The position numbers and the translations under genes are program-made. The notes beneath the pieces were generated by a model that was not told the origin of the DNA, did not search any database, and worked only from the letters and a program-made list of their open reading frames with translations. From Verrucomicrobiota bacterium (GTDB lineage: Bacteria > Verrucomicrobiota > Verrucomicrobiia > Verrucomicrobiales > DEV007), in the NCBI GenBank assembly GCA_045046875.1, contig JASFYY010000055.1, forward strand, positions 1 to 64,000: a stretch of 64,000 nt of DNA, written 5' to 3'. Positions within the stretch are counted from its first letter, which is position 1, and every line of letters starts with the position of its first letter. Of the stretch, positions 18,131-28,332 are shown one piece after another.

Positions 18131-18336
18131 GTTATTTGATTGGGTGGGCTTCCTTTGGAGAAATGCTGCCTGCAGAAACTGAGGCTGGCATAGGGGCAGC
18201 CCTTTGGGCTTTGGAGGAAGGGGTTTTTGGTTGTTGAAAGTTGAGGGGATGAGTTACTAGATGAAGAGAGCTATTTTTTTGAAGCGACAGGGTCGAAAGT
18301 TGATGTCATAAAAAATATTCTGAATCACATACAGCT

Positions 18337-19095
18337 ATGCAGGTATCGATTATTGTTCCAGTCATTGATGAAGCGAAACAGATACAGGCTTTTTTGTTGC
18401 ATTTGAAGGAACGGGCACCAGGCGCAGAGGTGATCGTTGTTGATGGAGGTAGTTCTGATCATACGGTGGATTTGGCGAGGGGCTTGTGCGATCAACTTCT
18501 GGAGAGTTCCCGTAGTAGGCCGTTGCAAATGAATCTCGGGGCGGAGCATGCAAAAGGAGAGGTTTTGTGGTTTTTGCATGCAGACAGTGAGATTCCCAAA
18601 AACAGTTTGGAGAAGATTAAAAGTGAATTGTTGAATGATGAAACTGCAGGAGGTTGTTTCCGAATCAGGTTGCTGAAAGGTGAATGGATTTATCGTATTC
18701 ACGATGGTCTTGCTCATTATGCGGGAAAGATGCTGCGTGTTCGCTGTGGGGATCACGGATTGTTTGCCCGGCGCAGCGTTTTTGAAGCTGTCGGAGGGTA
18801 TCCAAATGTTCCTTTAATGGAAGATGTTGAATTTTTTCGTGCGATTCAACGAGTGGGCAAAGTGGTTTGGTTGCCTTCTCGTTTAATCATCAGTTATCGT
18901 CGACACGAGCAAATTGGTATTTATCGTTATACTTTTATCTGTGCATTGATGATTGCTCTTTATTGTTGTGGGGCCAATTCCAATTTCCTTGCAAATTTGT
19001 ATGTGAAGTTAATTCCGTTGAGGAATGATCACGATCATGTTGCCGAACTGCCGCCGGTGGAAGAGATGATTTTTTCTGAGTTCAGGGGGGAGTGA
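18337..19095 (+). CDS. Family 2 glycosyltransferase (TIGR04283-like)
   Basis: VSIIVPVIDE, VVDGGSSDHT, QMNLGA, FLHADS, GDHGLF, PLMEDVEF. Confidence 0.85.
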   Translation: MQVSIIVPVIDEAKQIQAFLLHLKERAPGAEVIVVDGGSSDHTVDLARGLCDQLLESSRSRPLQMNLGAEHAKGEVLWFLHADSEIPKNSLEKIKSELLNDETAGGCFRIRLLKGEWIYRIHDGLAHYAGKMLRVRCGDHGLFARRSVFEAVGGYPNVPLMEDVEFFRAIQRVGKVVWLPSRLIISYRRHEQIGIYRYTFICALMIALYCCGANSNFLANLYVKLIPLRNDHDHVAELPPVEEMIFSEFRGE

Positions 19096-19205
19096 AACAC
19101 AATGATCGAGTTGATTATGATAGGTAGTGAAACAGGCCTTGTTTATTCATTTTTATCGCTCTTGAATTTATTGTGTGATTGAGGGATTGTCTAGATTAAG
19201 GGGTT

Positions 19206-19838
19206 ATGATGAAAAATGCAGTCAAGTATCCGCGCACACCTCATTTGCCGTGGTCTCCAGGGGTAAGTAAGGATGATGTGTTTGCCGAAAATTTACAGAT
19301 TTTTGAAGGGCTAGAAGTTGTGGTGACTGAGAAAATGGATGGTGAAAATACCAGCTTATATAGAGATGGTATGCACGCACGCTCCATTGATGGTCGGGTG
19401 CACCCGTCGCGTGATTGGGTGAAGCGTTGGCATGCGGGAATTGCCCATGAGCTTCCGGATGGGTGGAGGTTTTGCGGAGAGAATGTGTTTGCGCGGCATT
19501 CGATAAGTTATGAAAACCTGGCGCATTATTTTTATTTATTTTCGGTTTGGACGGATGAAAATGTTTGCTTGAGTTGGAGTAAAACCGAGGAGTGGGCGGA
19601 TTTATTGGCATGCGCGAGACCTCATATTTATTATCAGGGCAGGTGGGATGAGGCTTTTATTAGAAATATTGCTATCGACGAGTCCAAGGAGGAAGGTTAT
19701 GTGGTGAGAACGTGTGAAGGCTTTTCTTTTGCTCAATTCGGAACTCATATAGCTAAGTGGGTGAGGCCGAATCACGTGCAAACGGATCAACATTGGATGC
19801 ATAGTAAAATAGTTCCTAATAAGCTGAGGCAATCATAA
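19206..19838 (+). CDS. ATP-dependent RNA ligase family protein
   Basis: KYPRTPHLPWSPG, nucleotidyltransferase motif I EKMDGEN, CGEN, EGYVVR, AKWVR. Confidence 0.85.
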   Translation: MMKNAVKYPRTPHLPWSPGVSKDDVFAENLQIFEGLEVVVTEKMDGENTSLYRDGMHARSIDGRVHPSRDWVKRWHAGIAHELPDGWRFCGENVFARHSISYENLAHYFYLFSVWTDENVCLSWSKTEEWADLLACARPHIYYQGRWDEAFIRNIAIDESKEEGYVVRTCEGFSFAQFGTHIAKWVRPNHVQTDQHWMHSKIVPNKLRQS

Positions 19839-21067
19839 TGAATCGTAAAGGTGAGGGGGCATTATTGATTGATAGAATCAAGGAGGGGAATAAAACGACT
19901 TTTTCTGAACTGAAAAATGCCTTTTTAGCGATTTTCCCTTTGCTGGGTGAATTGGATGAAACTCAACAAGACTCTGAATGGCATGGGGAGGGGGACGTGG
20001 CGATTCATACGTCGATGGTGTTGGATGAAATATGGAAGGATGTGGCAGGAGCCTCACCGGAGCACCGGGTGGTGTTGGTTTTGGCGGCTTTGTTCCATGA
20101 TATAGCCAAGCCATTGGTGACCCGTGAAACTGAAGTGAGGGGCAGGATGCGTATTACAGCGTCACGTCACGCAGAAAAAGGGCGGAACTACCTAGCTTTA
20201 CGTTTGCCAGTGTTAGGATTGAGTGGGGAAATGCAGGATCGGGTTCTTGCCCTTGTTGGGTATCATCATCACCCGCGTAAGTGGGTGCTAAGCGAGGCGG
20301 ATGGTGCTTCGTATGCTCAATTAGCTCGGATGGTAGATTTTACTTCGATAATAGCTTTGGAAAAAGCGGATTTACGTGGGCGAATTTGCCCGGATTCAGA
20401 ACAACAGTTGGAGCAGTTAGAATGGTTTAAGCTTCAGGCTGACGAATATGAGATAGGTTCGTGGAGGGATGAAATATGGTTGTCTGCAATGCAAAATGCT
20501 TTTGCTGGTAGGAATGAATCTTTTCATCGTCATGCAGCTGCCCACGGAAGAAAAGACTTTGAAGAAGGGTGCATTAAATCTGTAGAAGAGGCTGTTGCCC
20601 GGGCTTACCAATTACGTGATAACCCTGCAGTGCTAACCATTTTGGCCGGCCCTAGTGGGTCAGGTAAGTCGTCTTGGGTTGAAGGATTTGCAGCCGACGT
20701 TGACGTGGTATCGCTCGATGACCTTCGTCAACGCATTGCGGGGAAACGGAGTGATCAGTCGAAAAATGGCCAAGTGATGCAGGCGGCAAAAGAAGAATTA
20801 AAGGTTTTTCTACGCGCAGGAAAATCCGTGGTGTGGGATGCAACGAATATTCGTCGGGATGGCAGGTCTTGGGTTTCCCGGCTAGGTTTTGATTATGGTG
20901 CTTACGTGCGCATCGTGGCTTTTCGCAACACTGTGGATACTCTTTATCAAAGAAATAGGAAAAGAGAGGAATCGATACCAAAAGCAGTGCTGACTAAGCA
21001 AATTGATGCTTTTGAGTGGCCGACATTGGATGAATCTCATGAGTTAATAGTTGCAGATACTCAGTAG
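19838..21067 (+). CDS. HD phosphohydrolase-polynucleotide kinase fusion (HD-Pnk-like)
   Basis: WHGEGDVAIHT, LFHDIAK, YHHHP, ADLRGR (HD domain); GPSGSGKS P-loop, SLDDLR, WDATN, RNRKR lid; TAATG coupling to the ligase gene. Confidence 0.85.
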   Translation: MNRKGEGALLIDRIKEGNKTTFSELKNAFLAIFPLLGELDETQQDSEWHGEGDVAIHTSMVLDEIWKDVAGASPEHRVVLVLAALFHDIAKPLVTRETEVRGRMRITASRHAEKGRNYLALRLPVLGLSGEMQDRVLALVGYHHHPRKWVLSEADGASYAQLARMVDFTSIIALEKADLRGRICPDSEQQLEQLEWFKLQADEYEIGSWRDEIWLSAMQNAFAGRNESFHRHAAAHGRKDFEEGCIKSVEEAVARAYQLRDNPAVLTILAGPSGSGKSSWVEGFAADVDVVSLDDLRQRIAGKRSDQSKNGQVMQAAKEELKVFLRAGKSVVWDATNIRRDGRSWVSRLGFDYGAYVRIVAFRNTVDTLYQRNRKREESIPKAVLTKQIDAFEWPTLDESHELIVADTQ

Positions 21068-21145
21068 ATCGATTTTTGGGATTTGTTTGCTTCGGGAAAA
21101 CTATCCTGCTTGAAATTTGCCTGTGACGGTAGCAAGGTGGGATTG

Positions 21146-21607
21146 ATGACAGACAAATTGACACATATCCGGGCAGATGGTTCGGCGGCGATGGTGGACG
21201 TATCTGGAAAGCCGGTTTCCCGTCGCGAAGCCAGGGCTAGCGGTTTTATTCGCTTGCAGCAAAAAACGGTGCAAGTGATTGCGGATGGGCAGATGCCCAA
21301 GGGCGATGTGTTGTCGGTGGCGCGGATTGCCGGGATTCAGGCAGCCAAACAGACTTCGAATTTGATTCCCCTCTGCCACGCTTTGCCTCTGAGCAAGGTC
21401 GCGGTGGATTTTGAGATAGAAGAAGACGGGGTCAGGATCACGGCGCTGGCACGAACGGATGCCAAGACCGGTGTGGAGATGGAGGCTTTGGCGGCGGTCA
21501 GTGTGGCTGCACTGACAATCTATGATATGTGCAAGGCCATCGACAAAACGATGGTGGTTGAAAAAGTGGAATTATTGCAAAAAACCAAGCAGGTTTTGGA
21601 GCAATGA
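21146..21607 (+). CDS. moaC: Cyclic pyranopterin monophosphate synthase MoaC
   Basis: LTH...[34 protein letters not shown]. Confidence 0.96.
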   Translation: MTDKLTHIRADGSAAMVDVSGKPVSRREARASGFIRLQQKTVQVIADGQMPKGDVLSVARIAGIQAAKQTSNLIPLCHALPLSKVAVDFEIEEDGVRITALARTDAKTGVEMEALAAVSVAALTIYDMCKAIDKTMVVEKVELLQKTKQVLEQ

Positions 21608-21612
21608 ACAAA

Positions 21613-21643
21613 GAAGGGCAGGGAAAGCTTTTCCCCGCCCTTC
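21613..21643 (-). terminator. Hairpin between convergent moaC and DUF1501 genes
   Basis: gaagggcagggaaa / tttccccgcccttc stem (one G-U pair on the minus strand), followed by T residues on the minus strand. Confidence 0.6.
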
Positions 21644-21673
21644 ATGTTACGACTAGTGTTAGTAGTCCTGCCC

Positions 21674-22999
21674 TTATTTCAGAAAAGAGCGGCTTTTCTT
21701 TTTGGTGTCGGGAAGGAAATCAAGGTGTTTGTATTCCTTCTTCAGCACTTCTTGCGAATTGGTGTCCAACCAGCGATCAAGTACGGTCGCATAGAGTTGG
21801 CGAAAATCGGTTGAAGTTTCGTCTGACCAGGGGGCATCACTGCGTCCATCCGAGGGGATGATTGGATGGGTGCCGTATACGCCGCCTTTGAGCCCTGAGC
21901 CGACGACGTAAAAGGTAGACATGGTGCCGTGGTCGGTGCCGCCGGAACCATTCTCGTAGGGGCGTCGACCGAATTCGGAATAAGGCATGACGATCACCTT
22001 GTCGGAAAGGTTTTTAGCTGCCAGATCTTTGACGAAGGCATTGATGCTGCTGGACAGTTCCTCGTGCAGATCTCCGTGGCGGGCGAGTTGACTGCCATGG
22101 GTATCAAATCCCCCGATATCCAGTGAATAAACCCGGGTTCCCATTTCGGCGCTTACCATGGCGGCAACCGCTTTGAGATCCCTCGCCATCCGATGATCCG
22201 GATATTCGGAGTCGGCTTTGTAGGAAGAAATGGTTTCCCTGACTTTTTCCTCGGTGATGAGTGCGTTCATGTAGGCCATGTTGAGGTAGTTGACCTTGGG
22301 ATTTTTCTCGTGTTCTGCAGCATTGATGGCCGTTTTTAATAGCTTCGAAGTTTCATCATTGGCATCGAGGGTTCGACTTGCCTGGGATTTTATATCCGAA
22401 GATAACATGCTGAACACTGGCTGCGGGCTTTTCGAGCGCAGCGTGATCGGCAGGTTGCGGCTGATGTGGGTGGCGACCGGATAGTTGATCTTGCGCACTT
22501 GATCCTGTGGGCATTCTGAATCCAGGTAGCGTCCCAGCCAGCCGGTTCCCGAGAACTCGAGTCCGCCTCCGCGTTCGTAGAAATCCTGTCCCGAAAAGTG
22601 ACTGCGGGTGCTGTTGGGGTATCCTACGTCCAGCATGACCGCCATGTTGCCTTCCTTGAAGAGTTCTTCGTAACCGGGAGCCTGGGGGTTAAAACCGAAG
22701 TTCTCGTCGATCATCAGCGCATCCTTTTTGGGAATGGCTATCTTGGGGCGGTTTTTGTAATACTGGTCGTCATGGGTCGGTGCGAGCATATTCATGCCGT
22801 CGTTGCCGCCGCCTAACTTGATCAATACCAGTATTTTTCCGTCTTTGTCTAATGCTGCCGATCCGGCTGCGTTGACGGTGTCAACGAGGAAGGAAGGGGC
22901 AAAAGAACTGAGAGCCATCAGTCCCACGCCTGCGCCTCCGGTTGATAGGAACTCGCGTCGTGTGGTGAGTGATAATTTTTTGCTGCGATTTGTTTTCAT
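21674..22999 (-). CDS. DUF1501 family Tat-exported protein
   Basis: TRREFL, LVLIKLGGGNDG, RSHF, GGFDTH, SEFGRR, GTDHG. Confidence 0.9.
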   Translation of the reverse strand: MKTNRSKKLSLTTRREFLSTGGAGVGLMALSSFAPSFLVDTVNAAGSAALDKDGKILVLIKLGGGNDGMNMLAPTHDDQYYKNRPKIAIPKKDALMIDENFGFNPQAPGYEELFKEGNMAVMLDVGYPNSTRSHFSGQDFYERGGGLEFSGTGWLGRYLDSECPQDQVRKINYPVATHISRNLPITLRSKSPQPVFSMLSSDIKSQASRTLDANDETSKLLKTAINAAEHEKNPKVNYLNMAYMNALITEEKVRETISSYKADSEYPDHRMARDLKAVAAMVSAEMGTRVYSLDIGGFDTHGSQLARHGDLHEELSSSINAFVKDLAAKNLSDKVIVMPYSEFGRRPYENGSGGTDHGTMSTFYVVGSGLKGGVYGTHPIIPSDGRSDAPWSDETSTDFRQLYATVLDRWLDTNSQEVLKKEYKHLDFLPDTKKKSRSFLK

Positions 23000-23048
23000 G
23001 GCAGATAAGGTTGGTTGTGATTGTTAGGTTAAGTTGATGTTTATAAGT

Positions 23049-24710
23049 TTAGCAAACCTGGTAATATTGAGATTGCAGGATGGCTTGAATGATTTGTTTT
23101 AATCTGGCGATGCGATCAGCTTCACCGTCGGCTTTGGCAAAATGTTCCTGTAATGGAACGGTGTATTCATCGTTAGGAGTGATGGCCAGCAGGTAGGTGA
23201 TGAAATGATTGACGATTTCAACATCCGAGCGGTCTTCGGCAGCCTTGAGATATTCGCCGATGGATTCACTAGATACGGTGTAGTTACCTGTTCCTGTTTT
23301 AGACATTTTCATGCCACGGCGATGTCCGTCTTCGGAGAAAAGGCGATCAACCACGATGCGTCTACCGTTGATGGTTCCGTTGTTCATCCAGAAAGCGCCT
23401 CCGTTCCAACCGTTGACGTCCGGAGGATCGGCATAGGCTTGACCGAGGAAATCGAGTTCTCCCACGATGCTTGGGGTGGGTTCCACTTGCAATCCCAAAT
23501 CCTGCAGGGCGCCTATGTAGAACTGGAAGGGGCTTTTGTAGAGCTGGCCACGAAAGGCGAGATCATAAAACAGCCGGCTTTTGAAAAAGGTTTCAAACAA
23601 CCAGTAAACATTGAAATCGGCTTTTCTCCAGGCTTTGCCGAGTGGTGCGAGGTATTCCTCTGGTAAGCCGCCCTCGACGAGGAACTCGTGGCTCAATTCT
23701 TTTGCCAAATGGGTTTCGGCTTCCTCTTTGGAGAAAATCAGATCAACAATAGCGTCGCCATCGTAGTTGCGTGCGCGTCCGTAGACTCGCTTGCGACTGT
23801 CATCGTGCAGTTTGGGATTCAGGGTGAGTTCCTCGGCATCTTTTTCCAGGGTGTAAGGGTTGAGTTCGGGGTTCGGAACATAACCGGTGAATGCTTTGGC
23901 CGCTTCCTTGATGTCATCTTCGTCATAACCACGATCCACTCCTAAAACGAATAATTCCTGGACTTCCCGGGCAAAGTTTTCATTCGGATTGGCTTTGGTG
24001 CTGCCTATGATATCCAGCATTTTCCCCATGCCATGGGTTTTATACATTTTTTTAATCATGTCCGGATAGCTGCCGAAAAAATTATCGCGTAGTGCACGGT
24101 GATGGTTATGAATGTCCGCCATGTAGTCGGTTTGAGTCCGGATCGAACTGAAGTTGACCACGCAGATGTTTTGCAAAAAGAGATTGAGCTTCTCGAATGC
24201 TGAATTTTGCGGGCGGCTGGCGATTTTCAACCATTCGTGACCGTAGTCTGCCCAGTATTTGCGTTGTGCCATGTCGGGTCGACTAACAAACATAGTTGTA
24301 AACTTTCCGGTAGCCTTACGGGTTTCATTGCGCTGGTAGGCGTGATGGGCGATGACGATTCTGCGAGCATAAGGATCGCGAAAGGACATGTTCTTTATCT
24401 TGCCGGCCTGATCTTTCCATTTGGCTTGGCCTTTGGCCCATTCAACAGCGGTTTCGAATTCAGCAGAGAGCGCTTTGTCTGCATTGTCCGCATAAGAATC
24501 GATCACTGGATGGGGTTGAGGGTAAGCTGCTCGTTTGAAAAGGTATTCCATGGCACCATCGAGGCCTGCGCGTTTGAGGCGGGTGACATCTGCAGGGCGC
24601 GCGGTCCAAGAGGCTCGTCGCAGCAGGTGGCGAATTTTGTCTTCGCTCCACTCGGAAGCATCAATGGGTTTCCAGGCGTCTCGTGGATTTACGGCAGGTT
24701 TTACATTCAT
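23049..24710 (-). CDS. DUF1800 family protein
   Basis: HLLRRA, PNENFAREVQELF, AAKAFTG, KSP, PPDVNGW; directly upstream of DUF1501 as is typical. Confidence 0.88.
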   Translation of the reverse strand: MNVKPAVNPRDAWKPIDASEWSEDKIRHLLRRASWTARPADVTRLKRAGLDGAMEYLFKRAAYPQPHPVIDSYADNADKALSAEFETAVEWAKGQAKWKDQAGKIKNMSFRDPYARRIVIAHHAYQRNETRKATGKFTTMFVSRPDMAQRKYWADYGHEWLKIASRPQNSAFEKLNLFLQNICVVNFSSIRTQTDYMADIHNHHRALRDNFFGSYPDMIKKMYKTHGMGKMLDIIGSTKANPNENFAREVQELFVLGVDRGYDEDDIKEAAKAFTGYVPNPELNPYTLEKDAEELTLNPKLHDDSRKRVYGRARNYDGDAIVDLIFSKEEAETHLAKELSHEFLVEGGLPEEYLAPLGKAWRKADFNVYWLFETFFKSRLFYDLAFRGQLYKSPFQFYIGALQDLGLQVEPTPSIVGELDFLGQAYADPPDVNGWNGGAFWMNNGTINGRRIVVDRLFSEDGHRRGMKMSKTGTGNYTVSSESIGEYLKAAEDRSDVEIVNHFITYLLAITPNDEYTVPLQEHFAKADGEADRIARLKQIIQAILQSQYYQVC

Positions 24711-24908
24711 GATATCTTTTGGTTGTGTCTCTATGGGAAAATAACAAGTCCGCGCGGCTTTGTTACACAGTTCATCGGATTTGAAGCCGAATGTCAAAGC
24801 GTCGACAATTGATGCGCAGTGAATGACAATTGGTGCGCAAACCGGCTTAAAAGCGGTTAAATTTCTCTTAGTGGTTGCTTTTAAAGCTAAGCGAAGAGAG
24901 CACCTTGC

Positions 24909-25952
24909 TCACAGCTTATTTCCGCTGCGAGCATCGTACCAATGGGCGACTTTTCCGTTGAGCAGGGCGCACTTGATTTCTTTTTCGTTGAGACCAAAAG
25001 CGGTCTCTGATTCGATAACCACGTAGGCGGTGTCGTACTCAATACCATCGATGGTTTCTTTGCCCATCCACTTCCATTTTACCGCAGCTTCCAGCTCGAT
25101 GGTCGCACCGGCTTCGCCTTTGCGCAGGCTGTTTTTCAGGGGTTCAAAGCGGGGGTCGCTGCCATCATTATAAACGGCCAGGGCTTCTTCGTTGGCAATG
25201 GCTTTAAGAATACGTTTGCGCTCGGCATTGCGTTGGGATTCGAGGTCTTCCATTTTTTTTCTCACAAAAGAGTCGTAGCGAGCCTGGATGCGTTCTTTCA
25301 GATCGGTTTCGTCTATTCTGAGAGCTGCGGTAACGGGCATGCTGCTGCCTGCGGACAGATTGAGCACGCCGTTGTCCAATTTGCGAACTGACATGGTGGC
25401 ACCGATTGGAAGTTTACCCGTGGCTATGATTTTTCCGCCTTCTTTGATCTCAAATTCCACTGGCACCCGGATCGCGACCATTTTGGGAACGGCTTTGGGC
25501 GGGATGTTTTGCCAATTGGATACGATTTCGAGCAGTGGGGTGATTTTTGGGTCGGGGTATTGAGCCAGGACCTGCTTTTCGACTTCGATGCTATTGTCGG
25601 GTTGGGTTTTGGCAGGTTTGCTGGTTTTAACAAGCGGCTTTTTTTCTTCCGTTTTTTTGGGAGTAGGAGCAGTGACAGCTTTCTTTTTTGCTACTTTTGG
25701 AGCTGGAGTTTTTTTTGGTGCTGCCTTTTTTTCTTCAAGTGGGGGGGCTGCAGTGGTTTCAGCTAATAGCGGTTCATCGCCCTGGGGGCTTGCCAAGTGG
25801 AGCATGTAAACCGCAAAAACAACAGAGAGGGTGAGGGCGGAGTATATGCCGAAAAACAACCACATCGACGACTTATGCCGTCGTGTCCGTATGGTTCCTT
25901 TTTTTTTAGGGCGGCGAGCTTTGCTTTGCCTTCTTCTTGCGGGTTGTGTCAT
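24909..25952 (-). CDS. Hypothetical membrane-anchored protein with Lys/Pro-rich linker
   Basis: Basic N-terminus, single TM helix, K/P/A-rich stalk, globular C-terminus. Confidence 0.65.
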   Translation of the reverse strand: MTQPARRRQSKARRPKKKGTIRTRRHKSSMWLFFGIYSALTLSVVFAVYMLHLASPQGDEPLLAETTAAPPLEEKKAAPKKTPAPKVAKKKAVTAPTPKKTEEKKPLVKTSKPAKTQPDNSIEVEKQVLAQYPDPKITPLLEIVSNWQNIPPKAVPKMVAIRVPVEFEIKEGGKIIATGKLPIGATMSVRKLDNGVLNLSAGSSMPVTAALRIDETDLKERIQARYDSFVRKKMEDLESQRNAERKRILKAIANEEALAVYNDGSDPRFEPLKNSLRKGEAGATIELEAAVKWKWMGKETIDGIEYDTAYVVIESETAFGLNEKEIKCALLNGKVAHWYDARSGNKL

Positions 25953-26111
25953 CGTGTTTAACCGGTCATGTTTAGCAGCAGACAGTAAATACGATTCTAT
26001 CAAACTTTTAAGCTATGGGGATCCGTTTTGTCAAACAAATCACGTTGCAGTTGAAAATAAGTGAGCATATTTTGTTGTCCATAAGCTCAAAAGTGGGCTT
26101 AGATTGGCTAC

Positions 26112-27305
26112 GTGAATGATGAATTGATCTATCTTGATAACAATGCCACCACACGAGTGCATCCGGAGGTGTGCGCGGCGATGGAGCCGTATTTGTCGGG
26201 AGCTTGTTATGGCAACCCGTCGGCAGGTTATCGTTTTGGTAAACAAGCGAGGCAGGCGGTGGAGCGGGCGAGGGAGCAGGTAGCGTTGTTATTAAATGCA
26301 CAAGCGGAGGAGATTGTTTTTACCGGTTGTGGCACGGAATCCAACAATACTGCGATCGAATCGGCTTTGCGCTGCTATCCGCAGCGGCGTCATTTGGTGA
26401 TCAGTGCCTCCGAGCACAGTGCGGTGGAAAAGCCTTGTGAAGCTTTGCAGGCTCGTGGTTATCGGGTGACCCGGGTGGCTGTGGATGGAGAGGGTATGAT
26501 CGATTTAGAGGAATTGGAGTCGGTGGTGGATGGGGACGATACGGCTTTGGTTTCTTTGATTTGGGCGAATAATGAAACGGGTGTTTTGGCTCCGATTGAA
26601 GAGGCCGCAAAAATTGTCAAAAATAAAGGCGTGTTGTTTCACAGCGACGCGGTTCAAGCGGTGGGCAAGGTGGATTTGGATCTGAGTGATAGCGCCGTAT
26701 CGATGTTGTCTGTGTCGGGACATAAGCTGCATGCAGCCAAAGGAGTCGGTGTGCTTTATGTGAATCGGCAGGTGCGCTTTGAAGCAAGTATGCTCGGTGG
26801 CGGGCAGGAGGAGGGGCGTCGTTCGGGCACAGAGAATGTGGCGGGTATTGTGGGTCTGGGCAGGGCAGCGGAATTGCTGCAGTCATCGCTGGTGGGTGGA
26901 GGGCATCAGCAAGCTATGCGGCAGTTGCGAGATCGTTTTGAGCAAACTTTGATCGAGCGGATTCCTCATACGCTGGTGAACGGTCACCGTGAGCAGCGTT
27001 TGCCCAATACTTCGAATCTATGTTTTACGGGGGTGGACGCGGAGGGGCTTTTGATCTTGTTGGACAATGCGGGCATTTGTTGTTCGCCGGGATCGGCGTG
27101 CAGCACGGGTGCAGTCAAGCCATCGCGGGTACTGACCGCGATGGGGATGTCAGCGGCCAGAGCGCGTAGCAGTGTGCGCTTTTCGCTGTCGATGTTTACT
27201 ACGGAAGAAGAAATCGAGCGAGCAGTTGATCTGGTTGAACAGGCCGTGGGCAAGTTGCAAATTGTCCTGCCTGCGGGTGGGGGTCCGGTGGTCAGGCATA
27301 CCTGA
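26112..27305 (+). CDS. Cysteine desulfurase (IscS/NifS family)
   Basis: IYLDNNATT, GNPS, HSDAVQ, SGHK (PLP Lys), RSGTEN, GSACS. Confidence 0.95.
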   Translation: MNDELIYLDNNATTRVHPEVCAAMEPYLSGACYGNPSAGYRFGKQARQAVERAREQVALLLNAQAEEIVFTGCGTESNNTAIESALRCYPQRRHLVISASEHSAVEKPCEALQARGYRVTRVAVDGEGMIDLEELESVVDGDDTALVSLIWANNETGVLAPIEEAAKIVKNKGVLFHSDAVQAVGKVDLDLSDSAVSMLSVSGHKLHAAKGVGVLYVNRQVRFEASMLGGGQEEGRRSGTENVAGIVGLGRAAELLQSSLVGGGHQQAMRQLRDRFEQTLIERIPHTLVNGHREQRLPNTSNLCFTGVDAEGLLILLDNAGICCSPGSACSTGAVKPSRVLTAMGMSAARARSSVRFSLSMFTTEEEIERAVDLVEQAVGKLQIVLPAGGGPVVRHT

Positions 27306-27355
27306 TTGCTGCCCCGATTTTGCAGGTTTGATGGAGCGCCCTTGCGGTGGCCGGA

Positions 27356-27802
27356 TCAATGGAAGGCCTTGAGGTTTTGCTGGGTTTGTTCAGCATCAAA
27401 AACTGCCATTGTTTGGATTTTAGGCTCTTTTTTGAACAAGCGGATATCGCCGTGGATTTTGGGTACGTGGTGGTCGGTGGCGGCGACGCTTCCCGGAGGG
27501 TAGTTGGGATCACCGGGACGGGTTACCCAGGTGCGGTTTTTGTTGAGAACGATGAAATAGCGGTAACCTTCGTTGAGCACTACGGTGGAAATACGCTGAC
27601 CGACGATGTTTTCCGCCTGGGCATGAGTCATGCCGGTGGTGCCAGTGTAGGTGACGGTGTAGAGGTCGTTCTGGGTTTTGTGCAGGTTAAATTTGCCCGG
27701 CATATTGGAAAAGTCCGGTTGCGGGGCTGAAGCGCAGCCGATGGAAAAAAGGATGACCGCAAGGGCGGCGGTGAATAGTGAGCGGATGACAAGTGAGTTC
27801 AT
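27356..27802 (-). CDS. Small lipoprotein of unknown function
   Basis: Lipobox SIGC; YTVTYTG and GYRYFIV motifs. Confidence 0.7.
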   Translation of the reverse strand: MNSLVIRSLFTAALAVILFSIGCASAPQPDFSNMPGKFNLHKTQNDLYTVTYTGTTGMTHAQAENIVGQRISTVVLNEGYRYFIVLNKNRTWVTRPGDPNYPPGSVAATDHHVPKIHGDIRLFKKEPKIQTMAVFDAEQTQQNLKAFH

Positions 27803-27903
27803 GGGTTTTTATTAAAGGATTCGAGCCAGACTGTAAAGTGAGATGTGAGGGAATTTGGGGGTTAATAGGTGGGGGACGTCCAATCAATTGGCGGGTTGTG
27901 GGT

Positions 27904-28329
27904 TTAAGATAGAACAGTCAACGTGGTAGCTCCACCTGGAACCCGATCAGTATTGATACGGTGGTCAAGGGTGAGAAATTTGGCTTGGTGTTTCAAAGCG
28001 AGCGCCAGTAGGTAGATGTCGGTGAGTTGTGCCGGGGTGACACCATTTAGCGAAATAGATGGAGTAAGTAGAGAGAGGTTTTCTGCCGAAAAACGGTGAC
28101 CTACTATGGAACTAATCATGCCTTTTAAGGCGAGAGCTGCCATTCTGGGGCTTTGGGCTCCATTGCCAGGGTATTTGGGATCACCCAATATGCGTAACAA
28201 GCCATTTTCAGTGATGGCGCAAGTTGCCCATCCATCCGTATTTGAATACATCCAATCTTTTGTAAGCTGATGATGGGGGTGACTGGTATCGGCGCGGGCG
28301 ATCAGTATATTAACATCGAGTAAGTGCAT
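27904..28329 (-). CDS. vapC: PIN-domain toxin (VapC family)
   Basis: LLDVNILIA, TENGLLR, TDIYLLALA, FLTLD. Confidence 0.9.
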   Translation of the reverse strand: MHLLDVNILIARADTSHPHHQLTKDWMYSNTDGWATCAITENGLLRILGDPKYPGNGAQSPRMAALALKGMISSIVGHRFSAENLSLLTPSISLNGVTPAQLTDIYLLALALKHQAKFLTLDHRINTDRVPGGATTLTVLS

Positions 28330-28332
28330 ACT

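Noticed and set aside
19091..19144. agtgaaaca direct repeat and aaaca-N5-tgttt dyad upstream of the RNA ligase
   Set aside because: Too short for AT-rich DNA, and it does not match the LexA motif.
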